Below, in pieces: positions 23,690 through 36,700 of a stretch of DNA of 64,000 nucleotides. This DNA is from Leucoraja erinacea (lineage: Eukaryota): positions 13,392,001 to 13,456,000 of the forward strand of contig NC_073404.1 of assembly GCF_028641065.1 (NCBI RefSeq). The letters are read 5' to 3'. Every line of letters starts with the position of its first letter. The stretch's first letter is position 1. The position numbers and the translations under genes were made by a program. The notes below the pieces were generated by a model. It saw only the letters and a program-made list of their open reading frames with translations. It searched no databases and was not told where the DNA came from.

Positions 23690-24403
23690 ACCATAACTAA
23701 CGGCAGAGCACGGTCGCTGGGTTGGAGGGAGGAGCTGCTGCAGAGACCACCTCATTCCCCACCCTGTGGCTAGAAGGATCTTTCCTGGAATCTCTCTCAG
23801 AGAGTGGGCAAAGCCTCCAGCCCTGTCTCTAGATGCAGCACAGTAAGGCAGTAAACGGTCTGGACATGGTTACCCCGTCAGAAGCACTCCAACCCACCCC
23901 CACCCACCGACCCCTTACCCAACCACCCACCCACTGTCTCGCCGCTCAGGGCCAACAACCCCCCACCCCGAAGAAGCCTGCTGACTTCCTCCCCCAGACT
24001 AGGCAACCTCTCGCTGCTTCGTCTTCCCGTCCATTCTCTGGCCGTTGGGATCCGATGCCTCTGAGTCGGAGGCTTTGAGTGGTTTCCAAACTGGAGCAGT
24101 GCCAGTCCTGGGACAGGTCCTGGGAACTGAGCCCAAGGCCCAAACAAGGATGGGTCAATGGGGAGCTGCTCCGGGCCACTGTTGGGGCTCCAGGTGAACT
24201 GCAGACGGAACCGAGTCCCAGAGCTCCACGGCCAACGGAAGGTTAAAATTATCACCCAACGTGTGGATTCCTCCAAGTGGATCCGTGCAGGACATGGAGA
24301 GAGCTGGCACTGCTGGGTCTGGGACAGTGTGGTCTTCCTGCTCCACCACCGCTGTTGGATTGGTACAGGTGTTCCCTGGCCGGTGATCCAGGGCAGGCTC
24401 CGT

Positions 24404-24724
24404 CTAGGCCAGCAGACGGATCATGCCGTTGTCAGAGCCCAGCAGCAGCAGCCGCTTGGCAGGGAGCATGGCCAGGCTGGTCAACACTCCCCGGAAGTTC
24501 TCCCAGCTCAGCTTGCTGGTGGCCACCGGCACCGAGCCATCCAGCGAGTAGATGCCAATGCGGTTGGCCACGGTGCCCGCCACCACCTCGTGGCCGTGGA
24601 GATCGAAGGCATGCACCGGGTCGGAGGGCGACTTGTAATGCTGCAGCGGCTTGGGATCGCTCTCCTTCCACACAGTCAGCGAGTGGTCAGTGGAGGAGCT
24701 GACCAACACATTCCCCTCCGTCGA
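24404..24724 (-). CDS. WDR81: WDR81 last exon
   Basis: [21 protein letters not shown]...[32 protein letters not shown]. Confidence 0.94.
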   Translation of the reverse strand, partial: STEGNVLVSSSTDHSLTVWKESDPKPLQHYKSPSDPVHAFDLHGHEVVAGTVANRIGIYSLDGSVPVATSKLSWENFRGVLTSLAMLPAKRLLLLGSDNGMIRLLA

Positions 24725-27700
24725 CTGCAAGGCAGAGAGAGAGAGAGCACACAATGAGGGGCTGACCCCACCAACCCAGGGACTCCCAGGCACCATCACA
24801 TCCAACAACACTCACTGAGGAGAGGGTCAGGCAGATAATGAGCAGGGAGGGAGGGGAATGTTGGGCGCACAGAGAGGGGAGTGTTGGAAGAACGGTGAGA
24901 GGAGGCAACAGTCAGGCAGAGAGCAGGGGACAACAAGAAAATAAGTGAGAAAGGGGTGTGGAGAGGAGGGTGAGGGCAGAGGGAGAGCAAGGGACAGATG
25001 GGTCGGAGGGAGAGGAGGAGGAGGGAGGGTTAGGCAGAGTGTGGGCAGGGTCCGACAGAGAGAGGGAGGGGCAAGTCAGGTCAGAGGGACAGGAGGGAGG
25101 GAGAGTGCAGGGGAGGATCGGGCACAGAGGGAGGGAGGGGATGGTCAGGGAGAATCCCAGAATTCAGGGCTAGGCCTGACTGCCGACAACCGATCAGCAA
25201 GGTAAGGATGGATGTAGAGGCCAGAGGGCATTTCAGAAATGGGGCGGATATAGGGGCTAGAGGGTGTTGCAGAGACAGGGATGGGCCTGGGAGCTGGATG
25301 GGATGACAGAGATATGGATGGGTGTAGGTGCAAACCATGTTGATTGGCTGGCGGAGTGGGGATGCTGAGAGGGTGAAGTGGAGGGTCAGGGGTGGGGGGG
25401 GGGGGGGGTGTGAGATGTGAATCGGAGCAGGGAACTGGTGAATCTATGGAAGAGGGAGTAACTGCAGGAAGTGTGGGAACAAGGAAGGCTGATTTTAGTT
25501 GAGATACAGTGCGGAAACAGGCCCTTCAGCCCACCGAGCCAACTCCGACCAGTGATCCCCGCACAACCAACACCATCCTACACACACTGGGGCAGTTTAC
25601 AATTTTACCAAGCTAATTTCCCTACAAGCCCGTTCAATCTTTGAAGGAAACCGGAGCACCGTACCTTCACAGGGAGAACGTACAAACTCAGTACAGACAG
25701 CACCTTGGACCAGATTGAACGTGGATCCCTGGTGCCTTAAGGGAGCAACTCCTTCGCTGCACCACCATGTGTTTGGAAGGGGATGCAGAATTCCAAGGGC
25801 TGTCCAGTGGGAGGAGGTGTCGTTGCCCCTGAGCTTCCACTGGGACAGGGCAGCAACAGGCCAGAGTGGCACTGAGACAGGATGAGGTTCTTTATAGAGT
25901 TCCTGATTAGCTGGCACAAAGCTCATGCTGAGGGGGAAGGTGATCTTCCCAGCTTTACAGGGGCAGATTTCTGCAACCTGGGGGTTACAAATATATGACT
26001 GGGCACGTTGGCCTGTGCCGTGCTGTGATGTGATGTGCGAGTATGCGGAGGGAGTGCGTGGACCTTCAGCTGTGGGGAAGTGTTGGAGAGTACAGGTCGG
26101 CATGTTTACTCTCCTGTGAAACTTTAGCCAAAAAATCAACAGACTCCTCACCCACGCACTGTCCTATCGAACTCAAACACAACACACTTAACCCTTGCGG
26201 TGCCCAACCCTTCAGGCCCGGCCGTGGTGAGGGGTAAGCAACCCCCAGGATGGGCTTCAAATGGGCAGCAGAGTGGCGCAGGAGGCAGTGCTGCTTCCTC
26301 ATAGCTGCGGTGCCCCTGGGATTGATCCTGACCTCTAGTGTGGAGTTTGCATGTTCCCTGTAACCACGTGGGTTTCCCCCGGGTGCTCTGGTTTCCTCCC
26401 ACATCTAGGAGGCGTGTGGGTTAGAATATAGAATGGTACAGCACGGGAACAGGCCATTCAGCCCACCGTGTCTATGCTGACTATGCTGCCAATCTAAACT
26501 AATCCTATCTGCCTATGTTGTCCCTCATGCTTCCATTCCCAGCCTGCGTCCACCACTTCCCCGTCGTAAGCTGTCCCTAGTGTGGAGGGAAGTGGAAAAG
26601 GGAAATGAGAAGGAACAGGTTTCAGGGCTAGTGGGAAACAGACCAGTGGGATTGCTGTGCTGTGGGCTGGCAAGGACCCACCCTCCTGCTGGGACCAATC
26701 AGTAAAAGTCCCCACACGTTTAGTTTAGAGATAGAATACGGTCAACAAGTCCATCAATCACTGGTTCTATCCAACACACTAGGGACAATTTACAAAAGCC
26801 AATTAACATACTAACCTTGGGAATGTTGGAGGAAACTGGAGCACACGGAGTAAACCTATGTGGTCGCAGAGAGAATGTGCAAACTCCATACTAACTCCAT
26901 ACAGACTGCACCTGTAGTCAGGATTGAACCAGGGTCTCTGGTGCTGTGAGGCAACAACTCTACTACTGCGCCACTGAGCCGCCCCAAAGCAGCACAATAA
27001 ATGCTCACTCTGCCCAGCTGAAAGTATTGACCTCGGGGACCTGATACAAGGGCGGAGATAGATAAAGAAATATTTCCTCATAATGGAGGGGTCTATGATT
27101 AGGTGCCTCAGAAAATGTATCCAAGGGCATAGGTTTAAGGTGAGGAGTAAGAGGTACACAGAGAGTCCAAGGAAAAACATTCCCCACAGTGATTGGCCAG
27201 AATTTGGAAAATACTTATTTAGACAGGTATATGGATAGGGTAGGTTTAGGGGGATATGGGCCAAAAGCAGGCAGGTGGGACGAGTGTAGATGGGGCATGT
27301 TGATCAGTGTGGGCAAGTTGTGCCAAAGGGCACACCCTGTTTCCACGCTGTATATGACATTGCCCGAGGGGTTGGTGGAGACAGAGACTTCCATAATATT
27401 CAGGTATGTAAACAAACCCAGAGAGGGTGCTGGGAAATGGGAGTGGTACAGATGTGTTCTTGATGGATGGCAGAGACATGGTCGGCCAAAGGGCTTGGTC
27501 TGCGTTTGCCTCTGAGGAAGCTTGCAAATGGGACCATGAGTCAAGGTCTGAGGAGAGACTGGGACTGGTGTTGGATAAATCATAGCATGTCCAGACCCCA
27601 GGATTGCTCCGCTGTCTGTGCACCAGCCATCTCCCCCCCTCCCCGCACCACCTACCTTCAGCTGTAGGATATCGCTCTCGTGCGCGGGCCACACTTTTAG

Positions 27701-30700
27701 GATGAGGCCGGTCCGTGTGTCCAGCAGGTAGATGAACCCCGATGAAAAGCCCACGGCGACGGAGCGGCCACTGGGACTGATCGCCATGCAGCGTATCAGC
27801 CCCGCGCTGGCGTTAATGCCCAGACGGAACTCGTGCTGCAAGGTAAGGGTGTGGCCGTCACTCTAACCCACTCGTGCTGCTTCACAGGGCATAAACCAAG
27901 GCCGCGCCAACTCCTCCCCCTCACAGACCACTTCCCCACGTCTATCACTGCACAGCGCAGCACTCTCACCGCCTCACCCACTGCGCAGCACTCACTGCCT
28001 CACCCACTGCGCACCGCCTCTTCCACAATGCGTCACTCCCTCCCTGCCCCAGTGGCTGTGTGGCGCTCACCCATCGCCCCACCCACATTACGGCGCTCCC
28101 TCACCGGCCCTCCCATGGCACGACGCACTCTTCCTGCGCCTCCCACTGTTAGGGGCCCCCTCGCCGCCCCTCCCATGGCCCAATCACGTGGGCCAGACTG
28201 CCCCTGCGGCTGGGGATGAGTTCTGATGGGGGGTGGGATGTTACCTGCAGGCCGGACTTGCGGGGGTCGATGAAGTGGAGCACGGAGTCGGACGTGCCGA
28301 CCAGGAGGCTGCAGTGTGGGGCCGGCATGGCGGCAACCGCCGTGATCGGATTCCGGGAGTCAAAGCAGTCAAATATCCGGATTGGTTTCCCTGGAAAACA
28401 GCAGTGTCAAAGAATGTCGGGAGCGGTGCTGGGGGAGGGGGCATCAGGGAGCGCGACATGCTGAGAATGGGCAACAGGTGAAAGGGGAGGAGGCGCCGAG
28501 CAACGGGAGCAGGAGTGAGCTGTGAATGGGATGTGCTGGGAGATGGAGTGGGCAAGGGGAGGAGCGAGGGTGAGGAGAGGAGGGAAGGAAGGACCGAATA
28601 AGGGCAGGGGGTGGGATTGAGACAGGGAGGGGCAAGTACACCAGTCTGGGAGCAGCAGCACTGGGTAAGGTGAAGTGTGCACTGGGCAGGTGGAAAGTGC
28701 CCATGGTGGGTGTCACAGGTTCCCCCCCCACCCTCTCCCCCCCATAATCTGGGAGGAGCTATTCCTCCCATCCCCCTGATCCTGGCCCATCGAGGTCCCC
28801 TGGTGGTCAGCCCTGGTGCTGCAGGCGCTCAAATCAAGTCAGGGAGGCTCACCCACCGGGTGCCCTCAGAGCTACCTCCCCACCCTAAAGAGAGCTGAGA
28901 ATGAGGGTGTGACCTCACCATAACAGAGAGCTCCAGGCTCTGAGCGACTGCGAGGCAGCAGAGGATGGAGCAAGCTGTGAGCCCGGGAACGCCAGCTGGC
29001 CATTCGACCCCAGGGTAGCCCCTCAACCCAACCGCAGAGACAGGGCTGGGGTTTGGTCAACTTGCAGAAGTTGGTGGGATTCAGGAGAATGAGAGGTCGG
29101 GTTGGTCGGTGCAGGGGGAGCATGGGCGCAGGGAATGGGGAGGGGTGGGTGCAGAGGCTGGTGGGGAAGGGGATCAGAATGACTAGAGGAAGGTTTCCGT
29201 ACTCCCCCAGTGCTCCCCACCGCCCACACCCTAGGGGGAATCCTGCCCACTCTTCCCCAGACCCAGAGCACACCCACTGCCCCAGCCCCACCCTCAGACC
29301 CAGAACCCAGCCACACAGGCTGTTCCCCCCCAAACCAGACCCAGAGCCTGGCCCGCTGCTGCTCACCTCACTCAAACCAGACCCAGCCCACTGCACTCCC
29401 CCTCCCCCCCCCTCCCCCCCAACAAGTCCCAGAGCGCCCAGCCCACTGTTCTGTGTCCCCCAACCAGACACAGACCCTGGTCCCACCGGCTGCTCCCCTC
29501 AAACCCAGGGACAGGGCCCCCCAACCCGGAGCCCGGCCCTCTGCTCCCCTCACCTGTGAACTGGTCCCAGATGTGCACAGTGCCGTCACAGCTGGCCACC
29601 TGCTGCAGGGCTCCCAGCTGCTGTGCACAGTAGACGGGCCGGCGGTGGTGGGCGTATGTGAGTCGAGGCTCCACGGTGCCCGTGCCATCGCCCTGGTTGT
29701 AGAGGGGCCAGAGTCGGACAGTGCGGTCCCTCCCGGTGCTCAGGAAGAAGTCCTCGCTGGGCAGTGGTGCCAGGGTGCGGACAGTGCCAGTGTGCCCGGT
29801 GAAGGTCTGCAGCCGGATCTGGTGGAAGTGGAAGCGGCCGTCCTGCTGCCCGCGCCCCACCTCATAGCGCCAGTGTGCCAGCCAGTTGCCGTCCAGGCAT
29901 CGCCCGCTGCGGCCCAGCTCCTGCTTCAGTGAGCCGGGCTCCTGGTCGCCGGACAGAGGCAGCCAGGCAGGTCGTGCTCCCGGCCCAATCTCGATCCGGT
30001 TACCCACCATGGCGCTGCCGAAGGTGCCGCTGGCCCCGTCCTCACCCCTCGGCCCGGATCGTGGCCAGGGGTCACCGGTGTCCGGCGAGGGGGGTGGTGG
30101 GGTTTCGGCACCACGGCCACTGACTTCCTCCTGGTAGCGGGCGGCCATCCCCCACACCAGCTCGTGGTTCCGCAGTAACCGCCTAATGGTGGTGTCGCCT
30201 GCACGGGGCAGAGGGAAGGATCAGCTCATGACGAGCGTGGGAGGGGTGGGCGCGGCAGGGGAGGGGGGAAAAATGGGGCAGAGGGAGGGATCAGCTCACA
30301 GTAGGTGGGGGAGGGGTGTGCAGAAGGGAGACGAGCCCCCTGGAGGCAATGTCCAACTAGGAGGGGCTTAACAGGGTCCTCGGCAGGGAGGGGCAAGAAA
30401 AAAGAGATCCCCCCCCCCCCCCCCAACAGTGTCCCTCACACTCAACACACCTACACTGCCCAAAACCCACCCACCCTTTCACAGGCAACACTGCTCCCAC
30501 CCTCCTGTCCACCCACCAACCACCCTATTTACTTGACCCGTCGCACACTGCCCTTGTGTTTGTCCACCCACATTCCAAAGCAGAACACCACCCCCACATC
30601 CATAACCTCCTGCAAACACTGCTGAGCAATGCTCACCACCTCCCCTCCCCTCCCCTCCAGCTACCCCCGCCCAGTACCCCACCCCCCTTCAGCCATCCCA

Positions 30701-33700
30701 CTCTCCCCTCTTCCCCATCTGGGTCACCGCATCCCTCCTGCCCTCATGACCCCCCATGCTCCCATCTGCACCCCTTAATCCCCCAGCCGCTCCCTGATGT
30801 CCTACCGATCAGGCAGTTGAATGGGATGTAGGCAGAGAAAGCCATTTCCAGGCTGAACACCTCGTCCAGCTCGTCTAGAGCAGCAGGATCCCAGTCGGCG
30901 GCATCGGTCTCGGGTGTCCCTGGCCAGGGAGTGTCACTCTCGCCCGCCTGCGGGGGGCAGTTCGGTTCTCGGCACGACCATGGGGGGGGGGGTGGGGGTG
31001 CGGGGTCGGGAGGGGTGTGTGGGTCGGTGAGGTAAGGGCCAGTACGGGTAAGGGAGAAATTGCCACAGCGGGTGAAGGAGGGTCTGTCACAAGAATGTTC
31101 CCACAAACCCCTTCAGTCCCTCCAGCACTTGCAAAGTGGCAGCCAACATGTACACAGCAAGATCCCACAAAGCTAACAGCCAATGGCTTCTTTATAATGC
31201 CTAGACTTGACTTAAACGTGGTGCCCACCCCCTCGCCTCTCCCAAAGCGCTGCGCCCTCCTGCCATCTCTCCCTCACTGTCCCTCCTACAGTGTGGCACT
31301 CTCTCACCACTCCTCCCACAGCGCGTCGCTCCCTCACTACTCCTCCAAGTAATCGGCGAAAAACCAGTCCAGGCATTTAATTTTGGGGGGGGTGAGTGCG
31401 TGTGCGTGCGTGTGTTGCCTGTGCGTTATGTGTGTGGGACGGAAGGAGAGAAGGGAGGGAGGGAGAGAAGGAAGTGATGGAAGTAGAGAAAGAAGGGAGG
31501 GAGAGAAGTAGAGAATAAAAGGGAGGGAAGGAGAGAAGGGAAAAGAGAGGAAAGAGGAGGGAAGGAGAGAAGGGAGGAAGGGAAGGAGACAAGCGAGGGA
31601 GAGAAGAAGGGGAGGGAGGGAAGAAGGGAAGGGAAGGAGAGAAGTGAGGAAGAGGGCCGGCGGCAGGAGTGGATACCGGAGTCCTGGCGCAAGCGTGTGA
31701 GCTGAGGCTGAGGTTTGTAAACATTGCTCCAAACCCCGGCCCGGCCCTCCCTGTATTGTTCACCGCGTCTCCCCGAGGACAGAGAGGGGTGGAGCCGGGG
31801 CTGTTTGCATGAAGCACGGCGACTGGAGGGGCGGGAGCGCTGCCCTGGGATCGTGAGGGACTTCCCCCTTCTCCATTCCCCCTCACACCCCCCTTCCCGT
31901 CTACCCCTTTCTTCCCCCTCCACACGTCTACTCTCTCTCCACCCCTCTACTCTCTCTCAACCCCTCTACTCTCTACCCCCTTCACCCGGGGTAGATCTAT
32001 CCGAGCCGAGAGTAGATTACTCCAAAGATCCTAGCGTGGAGCTTTGGATTACTCTGGTGCGGGGCCCAATTGGGAGCAATGGCTCCAATCGGCTTAAGGC
32101 CAGCCCTGCTCCCAGGAGGTTTTGCTCTGGGAGGGGTCCACCTCCCACCATCCGTGCCCCCTGCCTTGTCACGCCCGGTGTCCACCCACCTTCTCCCGTT
32201 GCTCCGGCATGATGGAGAATCCCTCGAAGAAGCGGCACAACGTTTCGCTCATGTGCTGCACCACCATCTCCTGGCCGATCCGCAGGCACACCAGTGCGAT
32301 GAGGCTGAGGGTCTTCACCCCCAGCACCGAGCGGGCCTGGGCTCCCCCGGGGAAGCTGAGGGAGAGACAGCTGTTAGCAACAGGACAAGACCCGCACTAG
32401 CCCCAGGAGGTTTGAGTTGTGTACCTCCCCATCACAATGTAACCCCTCACTACAGCCCCACATGGGCAGTCAGTCATTGGTGTGCATTCGCATCCAGCTG
32501 CGCCTCTCAGCCTCAGGACTCGGCAGATGTACCTGTCCCAGGTTGCACGTGCGGGCAACACACTTGTTCCAATGGGGCCAACGCCGGTGATGGGCATCAG
32601 CCGTGCTGTCCTGCAGAGGATGCCCGGCTTCTACCAGGACCGGCTGAGAGTCTGGAAATTGGTTGCCGTCAACCGGGCCCTCCTCCACCGGCGGAGGGCA
32701 ATGGCTCAGTCATGAGAGCGGCAGACCCTTGACCCGCCCCACCGGGTATCGGGGAGGCTCGAACGTGTGGAGTACTTGCATATGAGTAAACCCTCGCTCA
32801 GCCGGAAGTACTCGTCGGACCCAGGCGCCAAAATTCTTCTCGGGAGCCAGTCCCACGCAACATGAGCTGCCTTTCCTCGACACCCTTCATCTCCCTCCGA
32901 GACGCAGGGAGGCGTCTCCTGTACGGGCATTCCTCCACACCATTTGGACACAAAGTGGCGGTTAGTGTTGCCTTTTGGTCACGAGGGCCCCCCAGCGGGG
33001 GTCGCTCTATGCAGGGATTCTCCCCCTCTACATCAGGGACCTGGGGTGAAGGGTACTGCACCGAGGAATCCCTTGTAACCTCTTTCTCTCGCGGTTCACA
33101 CTCGCCAGCCGCCTGCTACTTTTCCAGGCTGGGAGAGTCTGTGTTCCACATGTACATGGAGTGTGTGACATTGCAGCCCCTGTTCCAATATCTAAATGGC
33201 TGCTACTTGCCTTCTGGCTGAACTTCACACCCACCATCCTAATCTTTAGACAACCTAGGGGGTAGGGCTGAAGATGTCCTGGTTGGGTTGCTCCTGGGCC
33301 TGGCCAAGCTGACCATCCGCGAGTCACAGGGCCAGGCGGAAGAGGGCTCTGCCCGAGGCGGCTGCCTGGCCCTTTTCCAGGGTTACGTCCGCGCCCAGGT
33401 GGTGTTACAAAGGGAATACGCGCCATGGGGCGTGGAATGTATCCTCAATAAGGATGGGGAAATATTATTTATTATTTAAGAATATTTGTTTATTTTGTAC
33501 TATGGTGGTGGATTTGCTCCTACTTTTGTGTATTTTTGCAAATGGTTGATTAAAATTATTTTTGGTTAAAAAAAAACCACATCCCCACCATTGTTCCAAC
33601 CACAGTGATGTTTCCTGTTCAGCTGCCCCCTGCACAGTCTCCACTTCCTCGTTTGCTGGGTCCATGCTGTACTGCGGCAGTGGGGGGTTGCCCTGCGGAG

Positions 33701-36700
33701 GTCGCCCCAGTGAGGGGGGAGGGGGCGCAGTAGAGGTTCCTCTGTGAGGGGGTGGTTGTGGTTGGTGGTGTTGGGAGGGGCAGCTGTGTGGATGACTCAC
33801 TGCCCAGACTCCCAGGAGCACAGGCAGGAACACATGTCGAGAGCACACACTAGGAGCGTTTCGGGCCGGAAGTGCTCCACTGGTCCTGTCAGTGTAGGGG
33901 CGGGGGTTCAGAAGGGGGTTGCAGGGGGACTGGACTCACCTGGTGAAGGGGGAGGTGAGAACCTCCAGCACGGGCAGCAGCAGATCCTGGTTGACTTTGG
34001 GCAGGATGTCCATCAGGGTGGTGTCGGACAGGTAGACAATGATCTTCTGCATCAGCACCATTGCTGCCAGCAGGCTGGCCTCCTTCCGGCTGTTCAACCG
34101 CCGGCTGTTGCTGGGGGCAACCTGTGGGTCACCAGGCTCAGGGTCAAAGGGCAGCCGGCGCTAGAGTCTGACCCAACCCCACTCAAGGCACCACTGGTTA
34201 AAAGCGGCTGGTTACCCAAGCCAAAAGCACAGGAAACATCACCCATCCCTGACTGCCTCACCAGGGATACGGGTACCATCAACTACTAATCCATAAGGTG
34301 GCCTCACCACCCAGTAATGCACAACTCCTCCTCCCGCCTACCATCATGGTCGATCGTCTCTCTCATCGCTTGGAGCTCCCTCACGGCCCCTCCCACATTG
34401 CGGTGCTCTCTTTCCACCCCTCCTACTCCACGGCGCTTCCTCACCACCCCTCCCACAGTACTGGTGCTAGGCGTGCCCCGAGCTTACCAGGTAAGCTACG
34501 TAGGGCAGGCACTGGTAGGTGAGTAGCGGCTCGCCGTACAGCTGAGCCACGTACACCAGGCACTCCAACACCGGCTGTGCCACCAGGTCACCCAGCACTG
34601 GCCGGTGCTTGTAGATACTGCCCACGCACGGCACGTCCTCCTCTCCATTCAACACAAACTGCTGCTTCTCTGGCCCTGTGGAAGGGGAGCAGAGGTTAAC
34701 GGCAATATTCTGGCAGAGGGGTCCTGATCGGTGGGAGGTGTCCAGTCAAGGTCTTTGTTAACACAGAACAGCAGACCACAGGAAATAGGCTGAGCACAAG
34801 GAGAGGTTGCGCAGGCTCAGATGTTATTCCTTGGAGTGCGGTAGGAAAGGACAGATTGGATGGGAAGGGTGGGGTAGGCTGCAGGGAGGGATGGAAGGGC
34901 GGCCAAAGGGGAGCGGTGATCACAGATGCACTGTTGTCTGAAAGCATTGAGAGCGCAACAAGGCACCGAGGGTGACCAGAGTCTCAGTAATTCTGGCCGC
35001 ATGGGGGTGAAGGCCTGGTGGAAGGGGGTGTTCGATGTTTAGTTTCGGGATACAGTGCGGAAACAGGCCGTCCGTGTCCCATAACAGTGACCGCACAGTG
35101 AACTTTCTGTGAGGACAGGGGCAGGGGACACCTTACCGAAGTAGCAGGTGACGAGGAGGCGCAGAAGGTTGCGGACGATGTGCCGGGAGCAAAGGGTGGG
35201 GCCCAGCTTTGCCGATAGCCACTTCACCGTCTTACAGGCTGTGTCTGCGGGAGAGGGAATGGCGTCAGTCCACACATGGTCCACCCCCTCAACCCAGTTG
35301 CCCACAGCCCACCCACTCCTGGCTCAGCCCAGACTCACACCCCACCCGCTCTTGCCCTCCCTCCTCCTCCCTTTCTCGGCTCGGAACCCCTCTCGACCCA
35401 CTTGCCCTCCACCCCCCCTCAGTAGGCCCCACTCTCCTCCTTCACGGTCCCCCCTCAACCCTTCTCCGCATGCCCATCTCCACATCATCCATACCCGTCC
35501 CCGCCCTCACTCCACCCGCTCGCCTCTCCTTCTCACCACCCCTCCCACGTCAACCCAACTCCTGCCCCCCCCTCCCCCCTCACCGGGCCCAACCACACTC
35601 ACCAAGCCCCCTCCCCCACACCAAGCCCCCTCCCCCACACCAAGCCCCCCCCCCCCCCCAGCTCCTCCTCACCAAGCCCCCACCTGCACACCCCATTCCA
35701 CATGGAGCCCAACCACCCTCCCCCAGGACAAGCTGCGCCAATTACCGAGTAATATTTTCTGCTCCTTGCCCTCGGTCAGCTCCTCCTCCTCCAGCTCCTG
35801 CTCCTGCTCGGCACTCTCCCTCAGCACCTCGCACAGCCTGCCCTCGGGAGTGATGCAAAGAGGGGCTGCCTGTTCCGCTCCCTCCTCCTCTGCTGCTTCC
35901 TCCTCCTCCTCCTCCCCAGCCAGACCCATGTCCTGCCCCCCGGGGGAGGGGAGGATCATGCCGTCCTTGGTTTCAGAGTCCGGGCCTTGCTCCTCGCCGG
36001 AGGCCTCGCCGTTGCTGCTGCCGTCGCTCGGCCTGGCCTGGCCAGCCGCCTCCTGCTCGTCGCCAAAGATTCCTCCCTGCGGCTCCTCGCCCTCCGACAG
36101 CTCACAGCCCATGTAGGACCCAGAGTCGGCTGCTTCCTTCCCCTCCCTGCTGCCGTAGGACAGCCCTGCCTCATCCTCTGGCCCTCCTCCGAGCCCTTGG
36201 GCCTCGGCAGTCCCCTCCTGCCCGGTCAGCACCTGCAGGATGTGGGGCAGGAGGCTGGTGAGGAAGGGCTGAAGGCCCAGCCGGACCATCAGTTGCAGCA
36301 CGAAGCAGTCCGTGTAGAGATAGAAGCGGCCAGGCAGGTACCCGGGCCTCTCGTACACCCCGGCCAGGGGGCTGAGCAGACACCGCTGGGCCCCCCGCGG
36401 ACCCAAGGCCCGGGCCAAGGGCTCAAACAGGTACCAGGCCGAATAGACAGCCGTGCCCTCGGCTGACAGCAGCTCCATCACGAAGGGCAGCAGAATCTCC
36501 AGCCCCTCGGGCTCCACCACATCCAGCAGCCTGTCCAGCTGCTGCCACAGGGAGAAGACAAACTCGCGGCCCAGCGGGAGGCCCTGGCCTGGGGTTGAGA
36601 AGTTGCAGGCCAGCCGGTGCAGCCTGGGGAAGTAGGCCGGGAAGGGGATGATGGGGCAGCAGGGACTGAGCAGGAGGCCGGGGCTGGGCGGGGGCAGGCC

